Positions 19,401 through 32,451 of a DNA stretch of 46,439 nt are shown here, one piece after another. The stretch spans positions 1,726 through 48,164 of the forward strand of contig PS015242.1 of NCBI GenBank assembly GCA_048213135.1, written 5' to 3'. Source of the stretch: Reclinomonas americana ATCC 50394. Lineage: Eukaryota. Positions within the stretch are counted from its first letter, which is position 1, and each line of letters begins with the position of its first letter. The position numbers were made by a program, and so were the translations under genes. The notes under the pieces are model-generated. The model was not told where the DNA came from and searched no databases. It worked only from the letters and a program-made list of their open reading frames with translations.

Positions 19401-22400
19401 GACGACTGTCCAACCCGCGTACACGTGAAGAACACAATCGCCGTCTCCGCCAGTCCCTCATACGCTCCCTGCAGCAGCACCACCGTGGTGGCCACGAAGC
19501 GATTCACGCCACCCGTGCGGTCGAACCACTCGAGGAAGCGAATCCAGCGATGTCGTCGCTCACTGATGTGCTCCAGCGCATCAATCGAGGGCACCTTCAG
19601 GCACCACTTGACCATCATTCGACACAACAACCATTGCATGCCAAAGGTGGCCCATAGCAGCGCCACGTAGAGCACTGGCGACAGGATGCGCATGACTAGG
19701 TCGCCCACCGCATCCAGCATCAGCGGGCACCCGCTGGCGAAGAAATTCGGCACAAAGAACGACACGAGACGGCCGACCGACAGCAGCTCCACATTGGGGT
19801 AGAACAGCAAGGCGGCAGTTTGGAGGGTGAAAATAATGGACTCGGCGGTGCCTGCGACGTGGGGGAAGTGAGCATAGAAAAAAGGCAGTGCTTGGAGAGA
19901 TGCAACTCACCACCCCCACTACTCGCGTGGAATAAAACGTGCGTGAACAGCACCACCGCCCACATCTTCACGATGGTAAAGAACTGAGCGGAACGCGAGG
20001 TCTTTGTGCACGGGATGCACTCGCCGTTGAATTGGGAGTAGCCGTCCTGCGAGATGATGTAAAGAGTGAGAAAGAGAGACGGAGGGAGGAAGAAAGAGTA
20101 AGAGAGGCGATGGGAGAGACGGAGAGCGATAAGTAGTGGAAAGCGGCCAGTGAGGAGGAGCGAGGAGGAGCGACGATTGACAGAGGAAGAGAGAGGGGCA
20201 GAGAGACAGAGAGCGAAGAGGAGGAGGAGGAGCAAGGAAGAGGAGGAGGAGCAAGGAGGAGCGAGGAGGAGCGAGGAGGAGCGAGGGGGAGCGGGGGGGA
20301 GCGAGGAGGAGCGAGAATGAGCGAGAATGAGCGAGAAAGAGAAGAGCGAGAGAAAGCAAGAGGAGAGCGAGAGAGCGACAAAGAGGGAAAGAGGAGAACA
20401 GTGGAGATACCATAAGAGGTGGAGAGTGAGGAGGAGAGCAACAGGAGCGAAGCAAACCGCTCAGAGTGAGAGAAACGAGGAAGAGCGAGGAAAGGCAAGG
20501 GAAGAGCAAGAGAAGAGTGAAGGGGCGACAAGAGCGAAAAAAAGGGGAAAATAGGAAAAGTATAGAGGAAATTCAAGAGGAGAGCGACTGAGCGAAGCAA
20601 ACCGCTCAGAGTGAGAGAAACGAGGAAGAGCGAGGAAGACGGGCCGAGCATGAGCGAGCGAGAGGGAGTAAGACAGAGAGAGAGAGAGAGAGAGAGAGTG
20701 CAAGAAGAGGGAGAGAAAGGGATAGTGATTGCGACAGTGAAAGGGCATGTGCGACAGTGAAAGGGCATACGCGACACGGAGAACGCAAGAGCAACATTAA
20801 CATCCGTCAGCGGGGCCACTCTCTCTCACCCCCAGTTCCCTCCTTGCGACTCTGCGGCTTCGTCACCAAGCGCACAAGAAAGAACATTACCCTTGTCTTC
20901 CTCCTCTTTCCCCATCTCCGACTCACCAAACACGCTCCGCACAACGGCGACAGCGGATCACGATCCACACCATCGTTGCAGTACGCCACCGGATCCGTGT
21001 CGGTCACATTCACCAACACATCCGGCCGAATGCAGTAATCGTACGGACAAATGTAGGCCACCACCGACCCATCGGCAGGCGGCTGCACCCAGCTCCCAGT
21101 TGTGCCGCGTGCGCGCACCGGCTGCGTCGACCAATCGGAGTTGATGGGGAATGTCCAGTGCTGCGAGGCCACCACCAGCGACGATCCACCCTGACAGTCC
21201 ACATTGAGGGGGCACGGCAAGCAGGTCTGGTTGAACGAGGCCGCCGGCAGTGCGTACGTGCCCGTAGGACACGCCTCGCACCCTACATCGGTAATGTACT
21301 GCAGACCGGCCGGACACGGAGCCACATTGACGGCCACCGTCGGCGTCGCCGAGCTGGCAAACGTGCCGCCGTTGGCCACCGATACGGAAATGGCGAAATC
21401 CGACGACGCCGCGGCGCGCACAATTACCAACTCCCGCGTCGAGTTGGTCGATGATGATGAAGCAGCAGAAGAGGTGCTGTTGGTGGCTGAGCCACGTTGG
21501 TTGATGAGGAGGTCGAAGCGAGCTGTACCGTCGAGCGTGGATCGCGACTGCACTTGACTCTGCGCACGAAAAGGTAAAGGAGGATTGAGTGAGTGACGAA
21601 TGGATAAGCAGCAAGGCGTGCACGCCAGATCCACTCACTCCAACACTGCAGCCGGAACACGAGAGCGAGAACATGGTGTTGTCCAGAGTGGCCATGAACT
21701 GGCCAAATACATCCGCAGCATCCACAAACACAGTGCGTGGAACCGTCGGAGAGGGGAATACCGAGGCCTCGGCGGCCTCGGTGCGCACAAATACGCTGAA
21801 CAGGCCTGCAAACGTAAAACGTTGCGAAGTCAGCAAGAAAGACCTTTGTGATATCTCAGTCAAACACGACTCCGAGATTCAAAGAAAGAGAACAAAGAAA
21901 CTACAAACAACCGACAAACAAAAAGAGCGCAAGCTACCCATCAGAACAAGGATACCTTGCTATTGTGCCACATACGTTTCTAGAAAACAAGAATGCAGAG
22001 ACACTTGACAAAGAGATAGTTCCTCTCGAACTCTCTTCCGCACTCTCGCTTTATCTATATCGCCCTCACTCTCTCTCTCTCTCTCTATCTATTTCTCTCT
22101 CCTCTCCCTCTCCCTCTCCCTCTCCCTCTCCCTCTCCCTCTCCCTCTCNNNNNNNNNNNNNNNNNNNNNNNNNNNNNNNNNNNNNNNNNNNNNNNNNNNN
22201 NNNNNNNNNNNNNNNNNNNNNNNNNNNNNNNNNNNNNNNNNNNNNNNNNNNNNNNNNNNNNNNNNNNNNNNNNNNNNNNNNNNNNNNNNNNNNNNNNNNN
22301 NNNNNNNNNNNNNNNNNNNCTCCTCCTCCCTCCTCCCTCCTCCTCCTCCCTCTCCCTCCTCCCTCCTCCTCCTCCTCCTCCTCCTCCTCCTCCTCCTCCT

Positions 22401-25400
22401 CCTCCTCCTCCTCCTCCTCCTCCTCCTCCTCCTCCTCCTCCTCCCTCCTCCCTCCTCCCTCCTCCCTCCTCCTCCTCCTCCCTCTCCCTCTCCCTCTCCC
22501 TCCACCTTCCCCTTTTTCCCATCCTTCCCCTTTCCCCACCCTTCCCTTTCCCCACCCTTCCCCTTCTCGCTCAACTGCTTCCCAAATCCGCCGCCGCCCC
22601 ATTCGTGGCCGTATTATTCGACAACTGCAACCCGTGCCCGTCTCTCCACGCCGCCACACCGCCACCCTGCGCCACCGCCGCCGCCACCGTCGTCAGGTGC
22701 ACCGGATCTCCACCACCATTCCAATAGATGCCGCCACCCGCACCCTCACCCAACATGTGCGTCGCATTCACCGGCGCCATGGCGCGATTGCCCGTCAGCG
22801 TCACACTCTCCAGTCGCACACCAATGGCCAGTGCATTGGCGGCCATCTCCGCCTCCGTCGACGGTATGGCAGTCATGTTGACAGCGAGACCGCCGCCGCG
22901 ACCGCCCGACACATTGTTCTCGAATCGCGTGCTGAGAAACGCCGTCGTGGTGCTGTTGGACACTGAGGCGCCGCCGCCGTCGCCAGTCGACGCCACATTG
23001 CCCGTGAACACACATCGCGAGCACGTAATGTCGGCCTCGTCACCGCCAAACAGTCCGCCACCGGCCGCGCCAGCTACATTCGCCACCAGGTTGGTGTCGT
23101 TGAGGGACACCGACGGTGAATTGGCCACATACACGCCGCCGCCCAGCTGCGCCTCGTTGCCAATCATGTCCACATTGGTCAGCGACACCGCGGCGGACTC
23201 GATAATAGAGATACCACCGCCACCGCCACCGCCACCGTCCACTGCATTCTCGACAATTCGGCTGCGCACCAGCTGCACACCGGCATTGCCGGCTACCGCC
23301 ACCGCACCGCCCCACAACAATGCTCCGCCACTGCTCAACGAGCTACCACTGTCCGTCCACAGTGCTCGACCGCCGACACTCACATGGCCGCCGACGGTGC
23401 TCGCCGTGTTGGCCGTGAACTGCGTTGTCGACGTCACCACCGTCGCGAGTTGCGAGATCAGCATGGCACCGCCGGCCAGCACCGCGCTATTGCTCGACGC
23501 CGTGCAATTGGCCATCTGCATCGACGATGCACCATCGGCATACACACCACCACCGTCGGCTGGATCGGCAGAATTGCTCGACAGCGTCGCCTTGCTCCAC
23601 GTGTGCGACGTCTCGCCCGTCGAGTACAGACCACTGCCAAAGGCCGCTCGGTTGCCTTGCACCAGCGCGCCACTAACGCTCGTGGAAGACGACGAGTCTG
23701 CAAATATGGCGCCACCAAAGCGCACAGCACTGTTGTTCGTGATGGCGACTTGCTCGTCGTTGACGGTGAGTTTGGAGGAGCTGGTGAGCTGCGCTCCGCC
23801 ACCGTTATGAGTGGCGGTGTTGTCGGAGACTGTCGTGTGCGCCGCCAGCACCAGCTCAGCGAGGTCGTTCTGCACCGCCACTCCACCGCCATACTGCGCC
23901 GTGTTGGAGTGCACTTGACAACCGCTGAGTGTCACATAGGCACCGACATTGACCACCAGCACACCACCACCGAACCCGCTGGCCGCCGCGTTGCTAGCGA
24001 CATCAACCGCCGTAAACACAACATCGACACCACTCGCCGACACGCCACCGCCCCCGTACTCGGCGGTGCAGCTCGTCACCGTACTATTGGTGAGCTGTGA
24101 ACCGTCCGACAGCAGTGCACCACCGCCGCTGACCAGCTGGCCCGTCACGACATTGGAGCGGAACTCGCACCCACTGGCGACACTCGAATCGTGCAGCAGG
24201 AGACCGCCGCCGCCGCCCACACGACCGGCGCTGACTAGCGGCGCACTCGACGACACCGAGTTGGTCGAGAACTTGGACGACGAGAGTGTCACATCGCTCA
24301 GCAGTAGCGCACCACCACCGCCACACAACACTCCCGAGTCGAAGCGTGTGGCCAGCGAACGCGGCCGCCGTCGCGCACGCAGGCCACCAACACCCGCGTC
24401 AACGACGATGTTGCCGACAAACGAGCAGTCGGACACCGTCGACGGCTGATTCAGCATCAGCAACCCGCCACCGCCATTCCAGCTACTCCCCGCTCCCTGC
24501 GACACGGTACGATCGCCACCGGCGCCATCGCCGACCGACTGGTTGTTCGTAAAGTTGGAGTGCCTCACCACGGCCTGTGCGGTATTCGACGCCGGCATGC
24601 CCGGTCCAAACACAAGCAGCGCGCCACCGCCATTGAATCCGCCGACGGAGTAACCGAGCACGGAGCCTGCGCCGCCGGCTCCATTTCGCGACGACATGTT
24701 GGAAGTGAAGCGGCACGAGTCCACCGCCTGAGGAGGAGAAACATATTCAGAAAGTATTGGTACTTTTTTGTGCTCATCACTTTCGGAGCACAGTGCACTC
24801 ACCACATTGGCCGATGCGGAAAACGTAGTGGGCACAAGGAAACCGCCACCGCCACAATACGTGGCAAACGAAGATCCCGACGCTGTGCAATTCGCGCCTC
24901 CACTCCCTGAAGAGCACACTTGGTCAGCGTGTGCATACAATGAAGGAAGCACTGAAGTGTTTGGTATTCTAACCATTCCCAATGGCGGCATTGCCGGTGA
25001 CAGTGCAGTTGCGAATCTGGCGACACGCCAACACGTAAGGGATCTCACCTCGACAGCAGTAAGCAGCACACAAGAGTACACGCACCAGCACACCCGACTT
25101 TTGGTCAGGCGCAAGGAGCACAGCACCGCCCCCGCTGTTTGCCGCAAGCGAGTCGCCAAGAGCACTCCGCGAACCGCCCTGCCCATTATTAGACGCAGTG
25201 TTGCTCGAGAACGTGCTGTCCACAATCACCTGCGCGGGTAGCTAGTTAGCGATGCGATAAATTCCCCCTAGCTTCCTTTCATGGGAGACATACGGATGCA
25301 TCAAGACGCCGAGTGAACAGGGCTGCCAAGATCGCACCGCCACCATGAAATCCGTCTGTGACCGACCCGTCGCCACCGTCGCTACCTGCACACAATAAAG

Positions 25401-26763
25401 AAGAAGAGGAGAGAAACAGAGAGAGAATGTAAATTTGTCCGTCGGTGTGGGTTGAATGAAAATGAGATGCGCACCACCACTGCCATTGCCATCGGCCACA
25501 TTACCGACGAATGAGCTTCTCGTCACATTCAACTGGCCAAGAGCACGAAATGAGGTTGATCGTGGTGAACAGGCGGCAACATTTAGCACAATGGAAGGAC
25601 GACGAAACGTAGCCAGTGTATATATTCGCCGCTCCACCGCCATTGTACGTCCCCGTGCTCTTCCCCAAGTTGCTGAAACTGCCTGTTGATAATGCGCAGC
25701 AGCGTAAACGTACAATAACAAGAGTCTCGGCAATGCAACATCGGGCTTACCGCCAGCTCCGTTGCGACTGGCCGTGCTATTGACAAATGTGCAGTCGACT
25801 AATGTGACAGAGCCCTGGGAAGTAGACGCCAGGATGAGCCTCAAAGAAGGCAGGGCGTGTGGAAAAGTGTGTACGTGTCTCTCTCTCACACACACACACA
25901 CCGTATCGACGCCATGTTGTTTCGCCATGGCTGATAGCAACATGGCACCGCCTCCATTCTGGGAGCCTGTGCTTGATGCGTCGTCACCACTGACCGCCAG
26001 AAACGCACCTACAAGCAAGATGGGAAAAGATAAGAAAGACTGAGTTGGCAAGGGATCCAGAGACGAAGAAAATGGCGTCGAGGGATAGTGCGGCGAACCA
26101 GTGACGGAAAGAGAGAGGGAGAGAAAGAGAAAGAGAGCTAGAGAACACCCAACAAGAGAGAAAACCGCACAGAAGACGCCTAATGAAGAGATGCCAAGTT
26201 CAAGCGCTGCTTACACTCGCGAGTTGGAGAGGAGCGAAAGTGAGAGCGTGCGAGAGAAGCAACACCATCACCAGTGATACAGCACGATTTTCCGTATCTC
26301 ACTTTCGCTCTGTCAATACCTCCACACAACCGCACACGAAAGAAAAAAATTTCGGAACAAAGGTAATTGACAAGCTCACCTCCCACCCCGTTCAAACTGG
26401 CGACATTTGTGGCAAATGTTGAACTCGACACAGAGACCTACGCACAGACAATAATACTGTTTGAAAACGAGAGGTCCTGTTCCGTATCTTTGACGCCACT
26501 CACCGTGGCGCCGGCAAACCACACTGCACCACCGCCGTTCTGTCCAAGGGAGCTGGTGGCCTCACTGGTGCACCCTTTGCCTGCGCAAAGACCAAGTAAA
26601 TAACGCGGACAAGTGAGAGGGCGGCGGGTCTGAGAACACGGACCGCCGACGCCATTCATCACGGCCGTGTTGTTGGTGAATGTGCAAGAACTGATTGTCA
26701 GCTGCAGCAGTGAGACGCGGAGTGAGCAAGATACCCGTTTATCTACAGACAGCAGGAAGGCAC

Positions 26764-26799
<36 letters not shown>

Positions 26800-29700
26800 G
26801 TCGTTCTCACATGGCCCCCAACAAATCCCTTGCCAACAATGTCCGTGGCACGTCAACAATGTATAGACACACAATTACTCTTCTTCTTCCCCGACCACCA
26901 CTTGGTTCACCACATTCCAACAATGCGACACTTGACCCCAAACAAGTCCCTCGCTGACAGTGACCGTGGCACGTCAGCTGATGTACAAACACAATTACTC
27001 TTCTACTTCTCAGATCACCACTTCGTTCACAACACTCCAACAATGCGACACATGGTCCCCCACAAATCCCTTGCCAACAATAACCGTGGCACGTCAACAA
27101 TGTATAGACACACAATTACTCTTCTGCATGTCCGACCACCACTTCGTTCACCACACTCCAACAATGCGACACATGACCCCCCACAAATCCCTTGCCAACA
27201 CTGGCCGTGGCACACTAACAACATGTCGCTCAACTGATTCATCTCTTCGTGGCTTCTTTCCAACAAACCTTACGACTTCTGACACTCTTCAAGTTGTACT
27301 TCAGCCTGCCTACTTCCTCTTACGTTTGCGTGCTCCTTTACCGATACAACACCGCCATCCCTCATGCCTTGTCTCTTCTCCCCCCACCTCTCCTCACCCA
27401 AGCGCACTCACCAGTGGAGCTTCAATACGAATGGCGCCACCACCATGATTGCCGCCTGAAGTCGAGCAATCTTTGTTTCTCAACCCTGCGGCAGCAAGCA
27501 TTGTTACAGCCTAACTGCAAATCAACGAGTGAGTTTGTACACATCTCGTACCGCCGTTGCCATTCCCAATTGCTGAGTTGCCATCAAACGAGCATTGCAC
27601 AAATGTCGCATAATTTCGATTCTTAATCGACAAAAAACATCGTCACGACAAAGCAGCTCGAAAACTGAAGAAGACTTGCCGAAGATGAAAACAGACCTGC
27701 AGCCACGCAAGGATCGCACCTCCACCATGACCGGTGCCCTCGCTGGCACCGTCGTCATCGTTTTCGTCGCCTGCACGACACACTGTGTCACAGAGACAAA
27801 AGGAATCCCACACTTGGAAAGTAACACACACCTGCGATGCCATTCCCGACAGCAGAGCAGCGAGAAAATCTGGTGCCAGTGGCTTGTAGTAGCAGCTGCA
27901 GAATATGCGATGAGATGAAACGGTACATGCCGATGAGCTGCTGACTCCAAGCACACAGTGAAAGAGAAAGAAGGGGGGGCGGGAGAGAGAGAGAGAGAGC
28001 CAATTCTCTTGCTACTGACATCAGTGGACCTCTACCTGAGATGCACTATTTTGTACAAAGATGCAACTATACGCACAGTACCGTGGACTTGCATTTGTAA
28101 GTGCATTATCTATCGCACGTTCAACACGCTCACCCCTTGCATCAAGATCGCTCCACCGCCGTGATGGGCACCTGAGCTTCCGCCGCTCGCTTGATTGTAT
28201 GATCCTACAAAAGAACACAACAATTAGCGACATATGAGACTGAAGAGTTGTAGAGATAGATGTGCCGACGCACCGCCGCTTCCATTATTTTCCGCACTCG
28301 CACCCACGAATGAGGAGTTTGTTAAAGTAGTGCCCTGAGGTTGAACAATCTCGCGCACCATAAGCAATCTATGGTGCACAAGCGCATGCTTGTGCGGGAG
28401 TTGTACGAACACCAACACTGTTGATCCACAAGGCACCACCACCAACGAATTGACCGCTGCTCCATCCATCTCCAGAGTTCTCATCGCCTGGAATGCGTCG
28501 ATATTGTGTGTACAACAGAAGAGTGTTCCGATAGGCAAAACACATGTACTAACCGCCGTGAGCATTCATAATTGCCTTGTCGCCCAAGAACATGCTGTTG
28601 GCAATTGACGCTATCTGCGATGCAGCGCGTGAGTCACGCTGCAATCACAGTGATAAATGCCGGCTGCCCAACCAAACCTTTGGTGTGTTGATGTGCATGG
28701 AACCACCGCCGCAGTTTTTGCCACTAGTGTAACCGCCACCGAACACTGAATAGTTCCCTGCAGTGAACGGTTGAGTCGGACACAGAGACACAAAATGAAT
28801 GGCACTTCTACTTCTTTTCACGTGACAAACCCCTGTTTTTTTCCAATGCAAGTGACAGCACCAAGAGGAGGAGAGACACAGAGAGACAAACGAGGCCCAC
28901 AAAGACAGGGAGGGCAAGAAACCAACCACAAATGAAAGGCGAGGAATGCAGACAGCAACATGAAATGGTTTGCACCTTGAAGCAAGGAGTGAGGCGACTG
29001 TTGAACCCCCGTGCTAAGCGAGGCATTGCTGACTCATTGATTGGTCGAACGACCAACATGCAGAGCTATCGGTTCGAGTTCTAACAGACCCCTCCGATTT
29101 CCGGCTCACCTCCACTGCAATTTCCTGAAGCGGTGTTCCCGGTAGATGAGGTCTGCGAAATGGTTATGAAACCCTGTCGCAAAAGTCGCATTAGTACTTG
29201 CTTTGCAGGCTCTTAAAGTACAGCAGACCTCACCGTTGAAGTATAGATCTTTGCTGCTCCACCACCGCTTTGATACGAAGCCGAATTCATATCATGCGCA
29301 CAGTCGATGCCTGTGTAGCATCACGGTGAGTGATTGCACAAAAAAAGATGTCAAAGCAGGTGCGGCTCAAAGACTAACCGCCGGCGCTGTTCGAGTCTGC
29401 AGAATTACCCACAAATGTGCAGTTTGTCACAACAACGTCCTGCGAAGTCAACAGTGAGTTTTCCATTCTACGCAATGCAGTCTGTATGTTGTCAAACTCA
29501 CAAGTCTCGCGTCGATCAGCAGACCGCCACCACCCGAATGGCCACCGGTAGCAGCGCATGAATTCCCGCTATCGGCACCTGTCAAGAAAAGATCACATAC
29601 TGAGCATCTCTTCAAACGCAACCACATCAAACATGCTCTCGCCTCCGCTGCCGTTGTATCGTGCTGTGTTGCCGGTAAAAGTTGAGTTCTGGATTGTGGT

Positions 29701-30197
29701 CTGTCAATCGCACACGCAGTGTGAGTCCCAACGCAGTCAGTATATTCTTGACTCGCTCACTCACCGAACGCGAGCGCAGCCACACTGCTCCACCACCACA
29801 ACTTGAAGCAGACGAATCAGCGGCGCCATAGTTGTTCCAACCTGCACATGCGAACGTCAGCCCACAGCCAGCGTCAATGAACACGTAAGAAGAACAGACC
29901 GCCACGGCCATTGCTACCCGCAAAATTGCCAACAAACGCACTTGTGATCACGACAAGTGAAGTCTGAGTGAGAGAATGAGGTGAGAATGGAGGTGCCTGA
30001 GAATGCCAAGATTTACAGCCATAACTTGATAGAGGGGAAGGGAAATGTACAGCGCGCCACCTCCAGAGTCGCCGAGGCTGCTCGTGCCACTTCCCTGATT
30101 ACTGTCACCTACAGACACATAGTAGAATACACACAAACACAATGATACACATGCACGCACGTGTGAGACAGGATATGAGTGTGTGACAGGCCTGTGG

Positions 30198-30240
<43 letters not shown>

Positions 30241-30368
30241 NNNNNNNNNNNNNNNNNNNNNNNNNNNNNNNNNNNNNNNNNNNNNNNNNNNNNNNNNNNN
30301 NNNNNNNNNNNNNNNNNNNNNNNNNNNNNNNNNNNNNNNNNNNNNNNNNNNNNNNNNNNNNNNNNNNG

Positions 30369-30446
<78 letters not shown>

Positions 30447-32410
30447 CACACATACGTACACACACATACGTACACACACACACGCTGCACGCACACACAC
30501 ACACACACACATATACACGCACATACATACAAAAAACACACCGCCTGCGGCATTGAACTCGGCCTTGTTTGACGTAAACACAGAGTTGGTGATCTAGTGC
30601 TCACCCAAAATGTCAGGACTACGTTGCACATACAGTCACAAACGTGTGCAGAAACAGACCGTCGCCGTCGGAAATGCAGAGGCCGTGGCGGAATAGTAAA
30701 ACACAGCTCCACCTCCGCAAGTCCCACCAGCCGGGCCGTCACCGTTGGTGTTGGTTGCTCCAACGCACACGCTGTATGATATATTCTGTGTGAACATTGA
30801 TGAAGTGACCTGCGAAGGCGAAGAGACAGTGTGAGGAGCTGGGGAGAGAAACGAGAGGAACGACATGACTTGCGCAGGACACTCAAAGGAGAGTGCCAGG
30901 AGAGTTGTGACACACAAGGAACTCAACGGCGCACACAAAAATTGACGAAGGACCGAGACACCAAAAAAACGGAGAAGAGGCAGCGAATGTGAGTAGGGGA
31001 TACGAAAGAGACTCGAGAGAATGGAAGCGTGGACAGGAGGAAGTGTGAGCAGGAAGGCGGGGCTGCGAGGCGCGCGTGGAGAGGCATAAAAAGAAGGGAA
31101 ACAAAGGCGTGAGAACCAAGCACTGCGCAAGCAAAGATGTGCATACATGAGAGCACGAAAGACGCAACAGAAAAAGACTGCATACTCTGACGAACCCACC
31201 CATACCCATTTCTTCTTTCCCACTCATGAGGCTCTCATGCCACACTTACCGTCAACAAAGGAGCATTGGAGAATGTAGTGGCCCACACAGCACCACCGCC
31301 GCTGACGGTGCCGCCACCAGCCGACGTTACTCCACTTAAGAGCGCACAGTACGTCGACTGGCCCTCGCAAAAGCGGCCACTGGCGCTGCTGGTCACAATA
31401 TTGCCCGAGAACATGGAGCCGCTGATTGTCAGCGCCGTGGCCTTGTTCACATAAACGGCACCACCACCCACGTTGCTGGAGCCGGCCGCCGATCCGTTGG
31501 GATCGGTGTCACCGTTGCCGCAGTTGCTCACCGTGTTGTTGAGCCACACATTGTTGGTGTCGACCAGGACCGTGCCGCCCGCCGCATTCATGTACAGCGC
31601 GCCGCCGCCCGTCTGGCTCTTGGCCAGAAGCGACGCACTGTTGCGGACAAACTGACAGCCGGAGACCGTCATCGTGACGGCGCCGCTGCTGCTCACAAAG
31701 ACGGCACCTCCGCCGGCTGTGCCGTGCGACGACACGGTGGAGCCCGAGCCCACCACACTGTTATCCGTAAACGTCGAGTTGGTGAAGGTCAGCGCAGCGG
31801 CGCCCGTCAGTTGCGACAAGGACACGGCGGCGCCCGACGCATCGTCGCCCTGCTTGACGCAGTTGGCGAACGACGACTGCACCACATTCACCGCACTCAC
31901 AGCGCCCAACACCGTGACCGGCGACAGCGAGGCGCCAGCCATCGCCACCGAGTAGCCGCTCACCGCCACATTCTGCAGCGTGAGCACTGTGCGCAGTGAG
32001 TTGGCGGCCGTTGCATCGACGACCAGTGCAGCACCCTGCAGCGTGCAGTTGGTGACCGTGACCGTGGCCGGTGAGGTGCCGGCGACGGGTGGTGTCCATT
32101 GGATGGTGGCCACGGCCGAGCTGTCGCCCACGATGCTGACGCCCGTGATTTGCAGGAGTGGCGAGCGGAGAATGGTGAGGGCGCCGGAGGCGGAGGTGTG
32201 CCAGGTGCAGGGGGCGGAGGAGTCGAGGGCGGTGATGGAGATGGAGAGGCCTGCGAAAGGGGAAGGGGGATAAGAGAGGAAGGGAGATAAGAGGGGAAGG
32301 GAATGAGGGAGATGAAAGGGAGAGCGATGCCTGTTCTCAGCGCGACAAAGTGTCTCTCTCAGACGCACACCATGCGCACGCGCATTGATCAAAGGCGTGA
32401 GTACGGGAGA

Positions 32411-32451
<41 letters not shown>

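Noticed and set aside
22728-24449. Long plus-strand ORFs (360, 238 and 166 aa)
   Set aside because: Antisense shadows of the GC-rich beta-helix exon.
29615-29622. Another GTTGCGT donor
   Set aside because: Wrong phase for the downstream acceptor, so it was excluded from the count.
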